Below, in pieces: positions 9,465-16,236 of a stretch of DNA of 64,000 nucleotides. This DNA is from Erythrobacter sp. (GTDB lineage: Bacteria; Pseudomonadota; Alphaproteobacteria; Sphingomonadales; Sphingomonadaceae), in the NCBI GenBank assembly GCA_019739335.1, contig CP073261.1, positions 996,818-1,060,817 of the forward strand, written 5' to 3'. Positions within the stretch are counted from its first letter, which is position 1. Each line of letters starts with the position of its first letter. The notes under the pieces were generated by a model. It was not told the origin of the DNA, made no database searches, and saw only the letters and a list, made by a program, of their open reading frames with translations. Both the position numbers and the translations under genes were made by a program.

Positions 9465-9893
9465 ATGACCGACTGGGAACCCCGCGACACGCAGCGCGCC
9501 CGCGCCCTGCGCAGCGCCGCCACTCCGGCAGAGCGCGCCCTGTGGCGACACCTCTCCCGCCGCCAGACCGGTGGCGCAAAATTCTCCCGTCAGTTGCCAG
9601 TAGGCCGCTACTACGCCGATTTCCTCTGCCGCGAACTGGCGCTGGTGGTGGAGTGCGACGGCTTCAGCCACGACCTGCGCCCCGAACACGATGCCCACCG
9701 CGACGCCTTCATGCGCCGCGCCGGTTACACCGTGCTGCGCTTCGCCAATGCCGACGTGCTGGGGAATACCGAGGGGGTGGTTTACATGATCGCCGCTGAG
9801 GTGGAGCGGTTGCGCTCGTTGCGAGGTCAGCGCTCCGTTTCAGACGGCTGTCAGGCCCACCCCCAGCCCCTCCCGCCAGCGGGAGGGGAGTAG
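9465..9893 (+). CDS. DUF559 / Vsr-like PD-(D/E)xK endonuclease domain protein
   Basis: TPAERALWRHL, FSRQLPVGRYYADF, VVECDGFSH, RDAFMRRAGYTVLRF; ATG 9465 preferred over TTG 9429. Confidence 0.9.
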   Translation: MTDWEPRDTQRARALRSAATPAERALWRHLSRRQTGGAKFSRQLPVGRYYADFLCRELALVVECDGFSHDLRPEHDAHRDAFMRRAGYTVLRFANADVLGNTEGVVYMIAAEVERLRSLRGQRSVSDGCQAHPQPLPPAGGE

Positions 9894-9961
9894 AACGACA
9901 AGTCCCCCTCCCGCGGGCGGGGACTCGAAGAGGGGGCGGAGCTCCAGCGGTTAAGGGTGGG
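9856..9961. repeat. Right REP-doublet arm, inverted copy of 9293-9392
   Basis: Reverse complement reads CCCACCCTTAACCGCTGGAGCTCCGCCCCCTCTTCGAGTCCCCGCCCGCGGGAGGGGGAC...CTCCCCTCCCGCTGGCGGGAGGGGCTGGGGGTGGG, near-identical to the left arm. Confidence 0.85.
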
Positions 9962-10019
9962 AACGACAACCCTCAGTGGGAACGACCACCCTCACGACAA
10001 CGAACCCAAGAGCCCAACC

Positions 10020-10214
10020 CTACCGCCAAGGCTCACAAGCCACCCCATCCGCATCACCATCCATAGTCACCCGATAGCCCGGCTCGCCTTCATGGATCGG
10101 CGCCCTGCCCAGCGCGCGGACCTCGTCGCAGCCGGAATAGGTGACGCTGCCCTCGATCGCGGCGCGCTCTGCGGGGCTCATCATGGCCAGTTCGACCTTG
10201 CCGGCGGCGATCAA
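10020..10214 (-). CDS. Excalibur calcium-binding domain protein (5' end unclear or truncated)
   Basis: YSGCDEVRALGRAPIHEGEPGYRVTMDGDADGVACE. Confidence 0.75.
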   Translation of the reverse strand: MIAAGKVELAMMSPAERAAIEGSVTYSGCDEVRALGRAPIHEGEPGYRVTMDGDADGVACEPWR

Positions 10215-10271
10215 CGTTCCGGCGAAGGCGATTGCGGCAGATGCTAAGTCAGCAAAAGCGTCAAAATATCA

Positions 10272-10421
10272 TCAGTCTCGATCTGGAGGAGGGAGAATAT
10301 CTCGCGGGTCCGATCGCTTTACATAGCCTTCATCAATCCGCGGTGGCGGAGGTGGAGGTGGTGGCGGGGGAGGAGGAGGAGGAGGAGGAGGCGATGGTGG
10401 TGGTGATTTCGGATCGGCCAT
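10272..10421 (-). CDS. 49-aa poly-proline microprotein (not in ORF track)
   Basis: GGAGG-N7-ATG; MADPKSPPPS-P17-RIDEGYVKRSDPRDILPPPDRD-stop; all four Pro codons used. Confidence 0.6.
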   Translation of the reverse strand: MADPKSPPPSPPPPPPPPPPPPPPPPPRIDEGYVKRSDPRDILPPPDRD

Positions 10422-10953
10422 CAGATTTCCCTCCGTATGCAACGATAGCAACAGCAGTAGTGCTCAAAGAAATGATAAATAGCAGATATGCCGCATTCTG
10501 ACAACGGACTAGCCATTTTGAAAATTTTGGGTCGGAAGTTTTTACGCTCTTTTTTAAATAATATTCCTGCGCAATCTTAGCGCGACGCTTATATGCGATT
10601 CCAGATAAGTACTGCTCCCCCATCGCGGCAATGAGCGTTAACAAGAAACAGATCAGGCCAATGTAAAGAAGATAAGCCTCAGAAAAATCAGGGAATTTCC
10701 CTTCAACGCCGAAAATTAGCCCCGGCACTCCAAGAAGCGAAGCTGAGGTTATTTGGATTACCGTTGAGATTAGACTATCTTCTCTTGCTTCCCTCGCTGT
10801 TTCGTATTGGGAGCAATCCTCGCGCATCCACTGATGACGACGAGCTGCCTCAACGTGAGACAGCGGGTGCTCGCCGCGCTTCTTAGTCGCTAGCTTCCGA
10901 TTTGCTCGACCTTCTGCGAGCCTTTTCCAATTGTCTGAGCGGTACGTGGGCAA
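10333..10953 (-). CDS. Hypothetical membrane protein, about 3 TM (cassette gene 3)
   Basis: Hydrophobic segments ITSASLLGVPGLIFGV, YLLYIGLICFLLTLIAAMG, AYLLFIISLSTTAVAIVAY; low GC; TTG start uncertain. Confidence 0.7.
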   Translation of the reverse strand: MPTYRSDNWKRLAEGRANRKLATKKRGEHPLSHVEAARRHQWMREDCSQYETAREAREDSLISTVIQITSASLLGVPGLIFGVEGKFPDFSEAYLLYIGLICFLLTLIAAMGEQYLSGIAYKRRAKIAQEYYLKKSVKTSDPKFSKWLVRCQNAAYLLFIISLSTTAVAIVAYGGKSDGRSEITTTIASSSSSSSPATTSTSATAD

Positions 10954-10955
10954 AT

Positions 10956-11408
10956 CTAAAAAACCCTATTGTACAACCAGCCCAAGCCGTAGAATAAGCT
11001 ACAAACGAAGATTATTGCCGGAATAATCTGCTCAATTCCGGATGGGCCAAACGTAAATGGCCCCTTAATTCTTTTGTAGCAATCCCACTCGCGGGTGAAC
11101 GGAGCGTAGGCAAGACTTTTCTCGATATCGTGGATAACGTCCCATTTCGCTTTGGCAAGCTGTTGATAAAATCGAACAGTTACAAACCAAATAGAAGATA
11201 TTATGAGAAATGGGATTATTAAGTAGGAGAAGGAAAACCCGCGGTCAGATGCAAAAATAGCGACGCCCGCCGAGATCAATGCAGTAGAGGTAACCGAGAC
11301 GCTCTGGCGTTTCGTTTCGGACGCGCAAGCAGTTTCGACTACGGTAGCATGCAGTGCTAGTAGCTGTTCAATTTCCGCAGTAGAGGTTCCAGATTCCGTC
11401 GATGACAC
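10956..11408 (-). CDS. Small 2-3 TM membrane protein, resembling the RipA/octameric membrane-protein family found next to DUF1863 TIRs
   Basis: KRQSVSVTSTALIS, IWFVTVRFYQQLAKAKWDVIHDIE, PFTREW, IEQIIPAIIF. Family assignment is from recalled pattern only. Confidence 0.65.
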   Translation of the reverse strand: MSSTESGTSTAEIEQLLALHATVVETACASETKRQSVSVTSTALISAGVAIFASDRGFSFSYLIIPFLIISSIWFVTVRFYQQLAKAKWDVIHDIEKSLAYAPFTREWDCYKRIKGPFTFGPSGIEQIIPAIIFVCSLFYGLGWLYNRVF

Positions 11409-11796
11409 TTTGCTTATTCCACCCCACCAGTTTTTTGGCTGCTTGAGCTACTACCGCTGACTTTTTTTCCTGACCCCAAGGGTTAACTGCTAAAATGGGC
11501 TTTGCGAACGAAACAGCCCCTTCAATCTCTTTTTGAATCCAAGTGCTGTAGTTTGCATACATTCCGGTTGGAATCACCACCACATCCGACAGTGTTATCT
11601 TTGTATAGATTGCCCCCCGGAGCTGGGCCTCGCTATTTGCGAAGTGGATCGGATCGCTTTTGGGAACGGAGAAATTTTCAAAGATCAAGGGAACGCCTGA
11701 TACGTTCCAGTTCTCCTGAAATATCCAATTCGCGAGACTGTCGTAATGTCCCGAATATGACCACGAATGGCTGATGAATATCCGGACCTTATGCAT
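11368..11796 (-). CDS. TIR-domain protein, DUF1863/ThsB-like
   Basis: IFISHSW, FENFSVPK, SDVVVIPTGMYANYSTWIQKEI (catalytic Glu), KPILAVNPWG, LVGWN; ATG overlaps the nrdB TGA (GTG at 11799 is the alternative start). Confidence 0.9.
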   Translation of the reverse strand: MHKVRIFISHSWSYSGHYDSLANWIFQENWNVSGVPLIFENFSVPKSDPIHFANSEAQLRGAIYTKITLSDVVVIPTGMYANYSTWIQKEIEGAVSFAKPILAVNPWGQEKKSAVVAQAAKKLVGWNKQSVIDGIWNLYCGN

Positions 11797-12869
11797 CACT
11801 CCGCCGCCACGCTCCCACTCGCCGCACCGCCGGACCGCTCGCCAAACATATCCGGCCCCTCGTCCTCAACCTCGTTCGCCGCGACCGCCTTGGCCTTCTG
11901 GCGCGAGTCGAAGCTGGACCAGACGTCGTTCCAGTTGCCCTTGGTTGCGGCCTTCGAATATTCGGTCGCGCGGGTTTCGAAGAAGTTGGCGTGTTCCACC
12001 CCGTTCAGCAGCGGGGCGAGCCAGGGGAGCGGGTGGTCTTCGACCATGTAGATGCTCGGCAGGCCAAGCTGGCCCAGCCGCCAATCGGCGATGTAGCGGA
12101 TGTAGCGCTTGATTTCCTTCGCCGTCATCCCCGGCACCGGCCCCTGCTCGAAGGCGAGGTCGATGAAGGCATCTTCCAGCCGCACCGTCTTCTGGCACAT
12201 GTCCATGATGTCTTCCTTCACCGCCTTGGTGAGGCAGCCGCGTTCGGCGCAGAAGGCGTGGAACAGCCGGGTGATGCCTTCGCAGTGCAGGCTTTCATCG
12301 CGCACAGACCAGCTGACGATCTGCCCCATGCCCTTCATCTTGTTGAAGCGCGGGAAGTTCATCAGCATGGCGAAGCTGGCGAACAGTTGCAGCCCTTCGG
12401 TAAAGCCGCCGAACATTGCCAGCGTGCGGGCAATGTCCTCGTCGTTATCGACGCCGAACTGCTGCAGGTAATCGTGCTTGTCGCGCATTTCCTGGTATTC
12501 GAGGAACATGCCGTATTCGCTTTCGGGCATGCCGATGGTGTCGAGCAGGTGCGAATAGGCGGCGATGTGCACCGTCTCCATGTTGGAGAAGGCGGCGAGC
12601 ATCATCTTCACCTCGGTCGGCTTGAACACCCGGCCGTATTTCTCGTGGTAGCAATCCTGCACCTCGATATCGGCCTGGGTGAAGAAGCGGAAGATCTGGG
12701 TGAGCAGGTTGCGCTCATGATCGGTGAGGTTCTGCGCCCAGTCGCGGCAATCTTCGCCGAGCGGAACTTCTTCCGGCATCCAGTGGACCTGCTGCTGGCG
12801 CTTCCAGAACTCGTAAGCCCAGGGATATTCAAAGGGCTTGTAGGTCTTGCGGGCTTCGAGCAACGACAT
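11796..12869 (-). CDS. nrdB: Ribonucleoside-diphosphate reductase class Ia beta subunit
   Basis: FTQADIEV, ETVHIAAY, FTEGLQLFASF, RDESLH, VEHANFFE; start at MSLLEARKTYKPF. Confidence 0.97.
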   Translation of the reverse strand: MSLLEARKTYKPFEYPWAYEFWKRQQQVHWMPEEVPLGEDCRDWAQNLTDHERNLLTQIFRFFTQADIEVQDCYHEKYGRVFKPTEVKMMLAAFSNMETVHIAAYSHLLDTIGMPESEYGMFLEYQEMRDKHDYLQQFGVDNDEDIARTLAMFGGFTEGLQLFASFAMLMNFPRFNKMKGMGQIVSWSVRDESLHCEGITRLFHAFCAERGCLTKAVKEDIMDMCQKTVRLEDAFIDLAFEQGPVPGMTAKEIKRYIRYIADWRLGQLGLPSIYMVEDHPLPWLAPLLNGVEHANFFETRATEYSKAATKGNWNDVWSSFDSRQKAKAVAANEVEDEGPDMFGERSGGAASGSVAAE

Positions 12870-12991
12870 CTGGTATCTCCGGCAGGTATGCGAACAACCT
12901 ATATAGGGAATCACGGCAGCGATTCGATAGCAAGCCCGGACTTTCGGCGGGGGATAAACGGTGGAACCTTTTGTGCGGCGGGCTGGAGGGG

Positions 12992-13016
12992 GGAACGCGG
13001 GTGCGGGAGGCCCGTT
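12992..13016 (+). promoter_or_regulatory. EcfG/sigmaT-type (general stress) promoter
   Basis: GGAAC-N16-CGTT, upstream of ATG 13053. Confidence 0.7.
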
Positions 13017-13052
13017 TCAGCACTGTAGCAATCGTAAATGCAGGAGGCCCCG

Positions 13053-13259
13053 ATGGGCGAATACGAACCCGACGACAGCCGCAAGGTCACGCTCGAGCCC
13101 GGTCACGAACCCGGCGGCATCAAGCGCACCGGCCCGCAGGAAGACGGGGCGCGGCGCGTTGCCCTCGCCCGCGAACGGGCGAAGGAGCGCGGCGAGCGCG
13201 CGGAGGATGGCGACCAGAAGCGACCGGGCGACGGAACCGACCCGCGCCATCGGGGTTGA
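13053..13259 (+). CDS. Small charged hypothetical protein (68 aa)
   Basis: CAGGAGG RBS; MGEYEPDDSRKVTLEPGHEPGG; EcfG-type promoter upstream. Confidence 0.65.
   Translation: MGEYEPDDSRKVTLEPGHEPGGIKRTGPQEDGARRVALARERAKERGERAEDGDQKRPGDGTDPRHRG
13233..13257 (+). promoter_or_regulatory. EcfG-type promoter
   Basis: GGAAC-N17-GTT, upstream of ATG 13294. Confidence 0.55.
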
Positions 13260-13293
13260 GGATTCATGTCATCATCGCAGCGGAGGTTGCGCC

Positions 13294-13452
13294 ATGTTCG
13301 ATCATGTTTCCAATAACTTGCCAGCGCGGGACCAGCAGCCGAAATCCCGCGCGCCCAGAGTGCTGACCATGGACCAGTCGCAGCATGTCGGGGTGCAGAA
13401 GCACGGCTTCGCCAGTCTGGAAAGGCCGCCGCGGGAACGCGACGCGATCTAG
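13294..13452 (+). CDS. Small hypothetical protein (52 aa)
   Basis: CGGAGG RBS; MFDHVSNNLPARDQQPKSRAPRVLTMDQSQH. Confidence 0.55.
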   Translation: MFDHVSNNLPARDQQPKSRAPRVLTMDQSQHVGVQKHGFASLERPPRERDAI

Positions 13453-13455
13453 CGG

Positions 13456-13761
13456 CTAACCTTCGTCCTTGTTGAACCGGCGCGAAATTTCCAGCGCGAT
13501 CAGGATCGGCGTGGCCCACAGCCAGGTGAGCAGTGCCGCCTCGCGCCAGCCGCCGCCGTCCATCGGCAGGCGTGCCGAGCAGCCGTAGATCTCGAGCAGG
13601 TTTTCCGGCTGGCAGGTGGAGGGCCAATAGGCGCCGGAATAGAGGTAGAGACCGAGCGTGAACCAGGCTACCTGCGCGACATAGAGGACGAAGTAGCGCG
13701 AGACCTGGATCTCGCCATGCCCGTGGTGCGTCAGAAAGCGCCTGCTGCCTCGTCCTGCCAT
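13456..13761 (-). CDS. Small membrane protein
   Basis: Two hydrophobic segments flanking WPSTCQP...YGCS; start uncertain. Confidence 0.6.
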   Translation of the reverse strand: MAGRGSRRFLTHHGHGEIQVSRYFVLYVAQVAWFTLGLYLYSGAYWPSTCQPENLLEIYGCSARLPMDGGGWREAALLTWLWATPILIALEISRRFNKDEG

Positions 13762-13815
13762 GCGCGAAGGGATAACCCGGAAATGGTTAGGAAATGCTTA
13801 CCCGCCGGCACGTGG

Positions 13816-14211
13816 CTATTTCCAGAACAGCCCGCCTTTCAGCCCCTTGGACTGGCGGTTGCCCCACATGCGCAGGTACATCCACATGCCAGAGACGGTG
13901 AAGAACACCAGCGCGAGGCCCGATAGCATGACAATGATCTCGCCCCAGATTCCGCCCTCGGTGCCGGCATGGAGGTGGTGGAACAGGCCGAGATATTCGC
14001 CCAGCGGATTGCCGGCGTCCGGGCGCGGCGCCATGCAGCGCCACCCTTCGGGGCAGGTAAAGCCGGGCGGCGGCTGGGTGGCGGCAATGGCGGCCGCCGT
14101 CGGCTCGCCCGCAGGCCACCACACCACGGCGTAATGCAGCAGCCCGGTGATCGCGACCCAGATCATCACCACGGCGAAAAAGACGCTCATCCAGCGGTGC
14201 CACTTGCGCAT
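13816..14211 (-). CDS. PepSY-associated TM helix protein (short form)
   Basis: MRKWHRW...WVAITGLL; FHHLHAG; SGMWMY. Confidence 0.85.
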   Translation of the reverse strand: MRKWHRWMSVFFAVVMIWVAITGLLHYAVVWWPAGEPTAAAIAATQPPPGFTCPEGWRCMAPRPDAGNPLGEYLGLFHHLHAGTEGGIWGEIIVMLSGLALVFFTVSGMWMYLRMWGNRQSKGLKGGLFWK

Positions 14212-14239
14212 TGTCGAAGATCCCTGCTCACTGCGGTTG

Positions 14240-14258
14240 AATTAGAATTATCGTTATA
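14240..14258 (-). promoter_or_regulatory. Fur-box-like AT-rich site upstream of the PepSY-TM gene
   Basis: TATAACGATAATTCTAATT, 13/19 match to GATAATGATAATCATTATC. Confidence 0.4.
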
Positions 14259-14381
14259 TAATTGCGGCATATCCGCCCCTGCAGGGTCCGAGGCAAGTCG
14301 CAAATTGTCGCTTCCTGTCGCATGTGTTTCGCGAACTTGTTCCGATTGCCTTGCCTGCTCCGCGAAGGCATTTGGCAAACC

Positions 14382-15245
14382 ATGCAAACCGAGCGACAAC
14401 TCCCGGCTTATCTCTCCCGCATCGGTTTGGCGCAGGCCCCTTTGCCCGATGCCGCCAGCCTTGCCCGCGTGCAGGCGGCCCATCGGCAGACGATCCCGTT
14501 CGAGAACCTTGCCATTCGCGCGGGCGGAAGTGTGGCCTGCGATAGCGAAGCGGTGTTCGCCAAGCTGGTCACCGCCCGGCGCGGCGGGTTCTGCTTCGAA
14601 CACAATCGTTTGCTGGCGGACATGCTGGCCGCGATGGGTTTCGATGTGCGGCTGCTGCTCGCCCGCGTGCTGCTCGGCGAGCCCGCGGAACTTCCCCCGC
14701 GCACCCACTGCCTGGTGCTGGTGCAGATCGACGGCGCCCCATGGATCGCCGATGCCGGGTTTGGCGGCGCCTATGCCCCGCCGATGCCGCTGATCGACGG
14801 AGCCGAAGCAGAGAGCGGCGACGGCGCGCGCCACCGGCTGCGGCGGATCGGCGAAGAGGGTACGCTGCCCGGCTCGTGGCTGCTCGAGCGGCTGGGGCCG
14901 CTCCATGCCACCGATGGCCGCGCGCGTAGTGAAAGCGCGTGGGAAAAGCAGTTCGCCTTCGATCTTGGGCAGGTGGCACAGGCAGACATGGCGCTCGGCT
15001 GCCACTGGGCCGCCACCCATCCCATGTCGCGCTTCACGCAGGTGACGGTAGCGAGCCTGTGTCTGGCCACGGGCTTCGCTAGCCTGGTCGATCGCGAGCT
15101 TTCCCTCGGGCAGGCTGGATGCGAGCCGGTGAAGCGCACGATTGCCGATGTTGCCGATTACCGCACAACGCTGGCGCAGCAATTCGGGCTCGATCTCGCC
15201 GCGCAGGACATCAACCGCCTGCCGCTCTTCACTGGCGAGTGTTAG
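14382..15245 (+). CDS. Arylamine N-acetyltransferase family protein
   Basis: YLSRIG, IPFENL, RRGGFCFEHN (Cys), RTH (His), ADAGFG (Asp). Confidence 0.9.
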   Translation: MQTERQLPAYLSRIGLAQAPLPDAASLARVQAAHRQTIPFENLAIRAGGSVACDSEAVFAKLVTARRGGFCFEHNRLLADMLAAMGFDVRLLLARVLLGEPAELPPRTHCLVLVQIDGAPWIADAGFGGAYAPPMPLIDGAEAESGDGARHRLRRIGEEGTLPGSWLLERLGPLHATDGRARSESAWEKQFAFDLGQVAQADMALGCHWAATHPMSRFTQVTVASLCLATGFASLVDRELSLGQAGCEPVKRTIADVADYRTTLAQQFGLDLAAQDINRLPLFTGEC

Positions 15246-15508
15246 TCGCTCACCACGACGTCGCTGGCATCCCGGTCGATGGCCCAGGCCCACAGGCCGA
15301 TGCTGGCGAGCCAGCCAAGGTTGAACGCGATCAGGACAGCGATCACTTTCCGGCGCGATGCGGTGCGCGGGCCTGGTCCCGGAACGATCCCACGATGGTT
15401 GCCGAATGCGGCGGCAACGCTGCGCAAGTTGAGCAGCAACCAGAGCCCGCTCGCCAGCGCGATAACGCCGAACGTCGCGATGAGCATTTGCGGCACTTCA
15501 AGCGGCAT
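15242..15508 (-). CDS. Small 2-TM membrane protein
   Basis: Two hydrophobic helices; EcfG-type promoter upstream. Confidence 0.6.
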   Translation of the reverse strand: MPLEVPQMLIATFGVIALASGLWLLLNLRSVAAAFGNHRGIVPGPGPRTASRRKVIAVLIAFNLGWLASIGLWAWAIDRDASDVVVSD

Positions 15509-15544
15509 GGTTCGCTCCTTCTCGCCCCTTCCCGCGATCCGTCT

Positions 15545-15570
15545 AATGGGCGAGCGGGGGGCAAGGTTCC
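15545..15570 (-). promoter_or_regulatory. EcfG-type promoter
   Basis: Minus strand GGAAC-N17-CATT. Confidence 0.5.
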
Positions 15571-15694
15571 GAACCTGTGCTACTTGCCCTTCTTGGAACT
15601 AAGCCGGCTTTCCCCGCCCGAAACGCAAATTCCGAGGAATAAGCCGGGACCGGAACCGGGCGCGGAGGCTTCGTCAAAAGTACCAATCGCTGTT

Positions 15695-15865
15695 CTACAC
15701 CGCCAGAACGACCGAAAGCGCTAAGAACACTGCGCCGACTCCGAGCAGGACAGGCGCCTGCTTCTTCGCCTGCGCCGCCTTTTCGGCGTCCTTCACGACC
15801 TTGTCTGCCGCTAGCAGGAAGATAATTCCCGCAACAACCAGGCCGATGCCACCATAGAAAAGCAT
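15695..15865 (-). CDS. 56-aa 2-TM microprotein (not in ORF track)
   Basis: GGGAG RBS; MLFYGGIGLVVAGIIFLLAADKVVKDAEKAAQAKKQAPVLLGVGAVFLALSVVLAV. Confidence 0.7.
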   Translation of the reverse strand: MLFYGGIGLVVAGIIFLLAADKVVKDAEKAAQAKKQAPVLLGVGAVFLALSVVLAV

Positions 15866-15936
15866 ATGCGTCTCCCCCCGCGCCTCAGCGCGCCCAGCGA
15901 CCGCATGGCCGGGATACGCCTGATTCTGCTACTTGG

Positions 15937-16236
15937 CTAGCTGCGCTTGCGTGAGCCGAAAAACGAGCCGCCGCCGAGGACGGTGATACCGAGAAAGAAG
16001 CCGAAATCGTACCAGCCGCCCGAGTTTGGCACGGCGTAGACGGCGATGTCGGGGCGGAACAGCGAACCGATCCAGGCGAAGGGGAAAATGAACCCGTGCC
16101 AGATGCCCCACCAGAAGCCGGGGGTCTGCGGTGCAGTATCGACGGCGGCAGGCATCTGGCTGGCGCAGGCGGACAGGAGGAGAGTGACGAGTACGAGCGT
16201 GACCCACCGCGCTCTAAACTCCTCAGGCTGCTGCAT
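15937..16236 (-). CDS. Small membrane lipoprotein, hypothetical
   Basis: LLLSAC lipobox; PGFWWGIWHGFIFPF...YDFGFFLG; start uncertain (16236, 16251 or 16278). Confidence 0.75.
   Translation of the reverse strand: MQQPEEFRARWVTLVLVTLLLSACASQMPAAVDTAPQTPGFWWGIWHGFIFPFAWIGSLFRPDIAVYAVPNSGGWYDFGFFLGITVLGGGSFFGSRKRS

Noticed and set aside
9957-9994. Short direct repeats as a CRISPR array
   Set aside because: Only two adjacent 19-bp units, no spacer and no cas genes.
10358-10390. (GGA)n/(GGT)n run as a phase-variation microsatellite
   Set aside because: Triplet unit keeps the frame, and mixed codons fit the poly-Pro ORF better.
10020-10421. Read-through fusion of the poly-Pro ORF with the in-frame Excalibur ORF
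   Set aside because: Separated by two consecutive TGA codons; no SECIS or recoding signal evident.
12893-12910. NrdR box upstream of nrdB (ACAACCTATATAGGG)
   Set aside because: Two core mismatches and no partner box found; possible but not supportable.
13787-13803. CtrA-like site TTAG-N7-TTAC
   Set aside because: Both half-sites are imperfect; too weak alone.
15119-15724. 201-aa + strand ORF
   Set aside because: Overlaps two better minus-strand ORFs; no RBS or domain.
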